A DNA stretch of 64,000 bases from Tubiluchus corallicola. Taxonomy: Eukaryota; Animalia; Priapulida. This document shows positions 63,701 to 64,000 of the stretch, piece by piece. Where the stretch lies: assembly GCA_030141605.1 (NCBI GenBank), contig JAQGDQ010000080.1:641756-705755 (forward strand), given 5' to 3'. A program made the position numbers and the translations under genes. The stretch's first letter is position 1; the number at the start of each line of letters is the position of its first letter. A model generated the notes under the pieces. The model saw only the letters and a program-made list of their open reading frames with translations. It was not told the origin of the DNA and ran no database searches.

Positions 63701-64000
63701 TGCTGCATTAAGAAAAGCTGCATTTACTGTAGCTGTGATTTAGTTAAAATCTTGAAAACTGAATGAATGGAAACACTCAAGCAAAACACATTCTACTCAA
63801 AACCAAGCTGTTCCAATAAAACAAAATTATGCCTCTACAATACACCTTATACACCCATCACTTTATACAGCTTTTTATATCATCAGGTTATAAACTATGC
63901 AAAAAAGGCACCTATAAAACAATACATTTTTGGACGTTTTTCCTGCAAGCTGGGATGAGAAAAGGCAACCGCCTCTAATATGAGATGAAGAGTTTGATGT

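Noticed and set aside
63700-63911. Inverted next TBC1D9 exon (minus-strand AG|GT GCC = Gly-Ala)
   Set aside because: Reads GAFFA* with several stops and does not match the expected GAINExxxHPGYY.

Overview
AT-rich, intron-rich animal (invertebrate-like) nuclear DNA. Five protein-coding genes were assembled exon by exon from splice sites with consistent phases. They are the 3' end of NAPRT (+, 60-4147), a complete TAF5L (-, 14 coding exons, 586 aa, one GC-AG intron), a complete sialin-like SLC17 transporter (+, 11 coding exons, about 525 aa), a glutaredoxin-2-like gene (-), and the 5' half of a TBC1D9/TBC1D8-family Rab-GAP (+, 17 exons). Introns and intergenic DNA carry many non-autonomous DNA transposons (Tigger/pogo-type with TA TSDs, hAT-type with 8-bp TSDs, unclassified TIR elements), decayed CR1-like LINEs, a tRNA-derived SINE and microsatellites. 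Most ORFs in the supplied track are spurious or are exon read-throughs. I cannot support a clearly novel multi-gene system. The best leads are: (i) the TBC1D9 exon 17 splice donor is missing at 63700, just inside the TBC domain; (ii) candidate alternative N-termini could switch the localisation of the SLC17 transporter and the glutaredoxin; (iii) NAPRT and TAF5L appear to meet tail-to-tail after a roughly 5-kb UTR; (iv) an inverted MITE pair brackets about 19 kb. Family assignments come from remembered sequences and motifs, not database searches.
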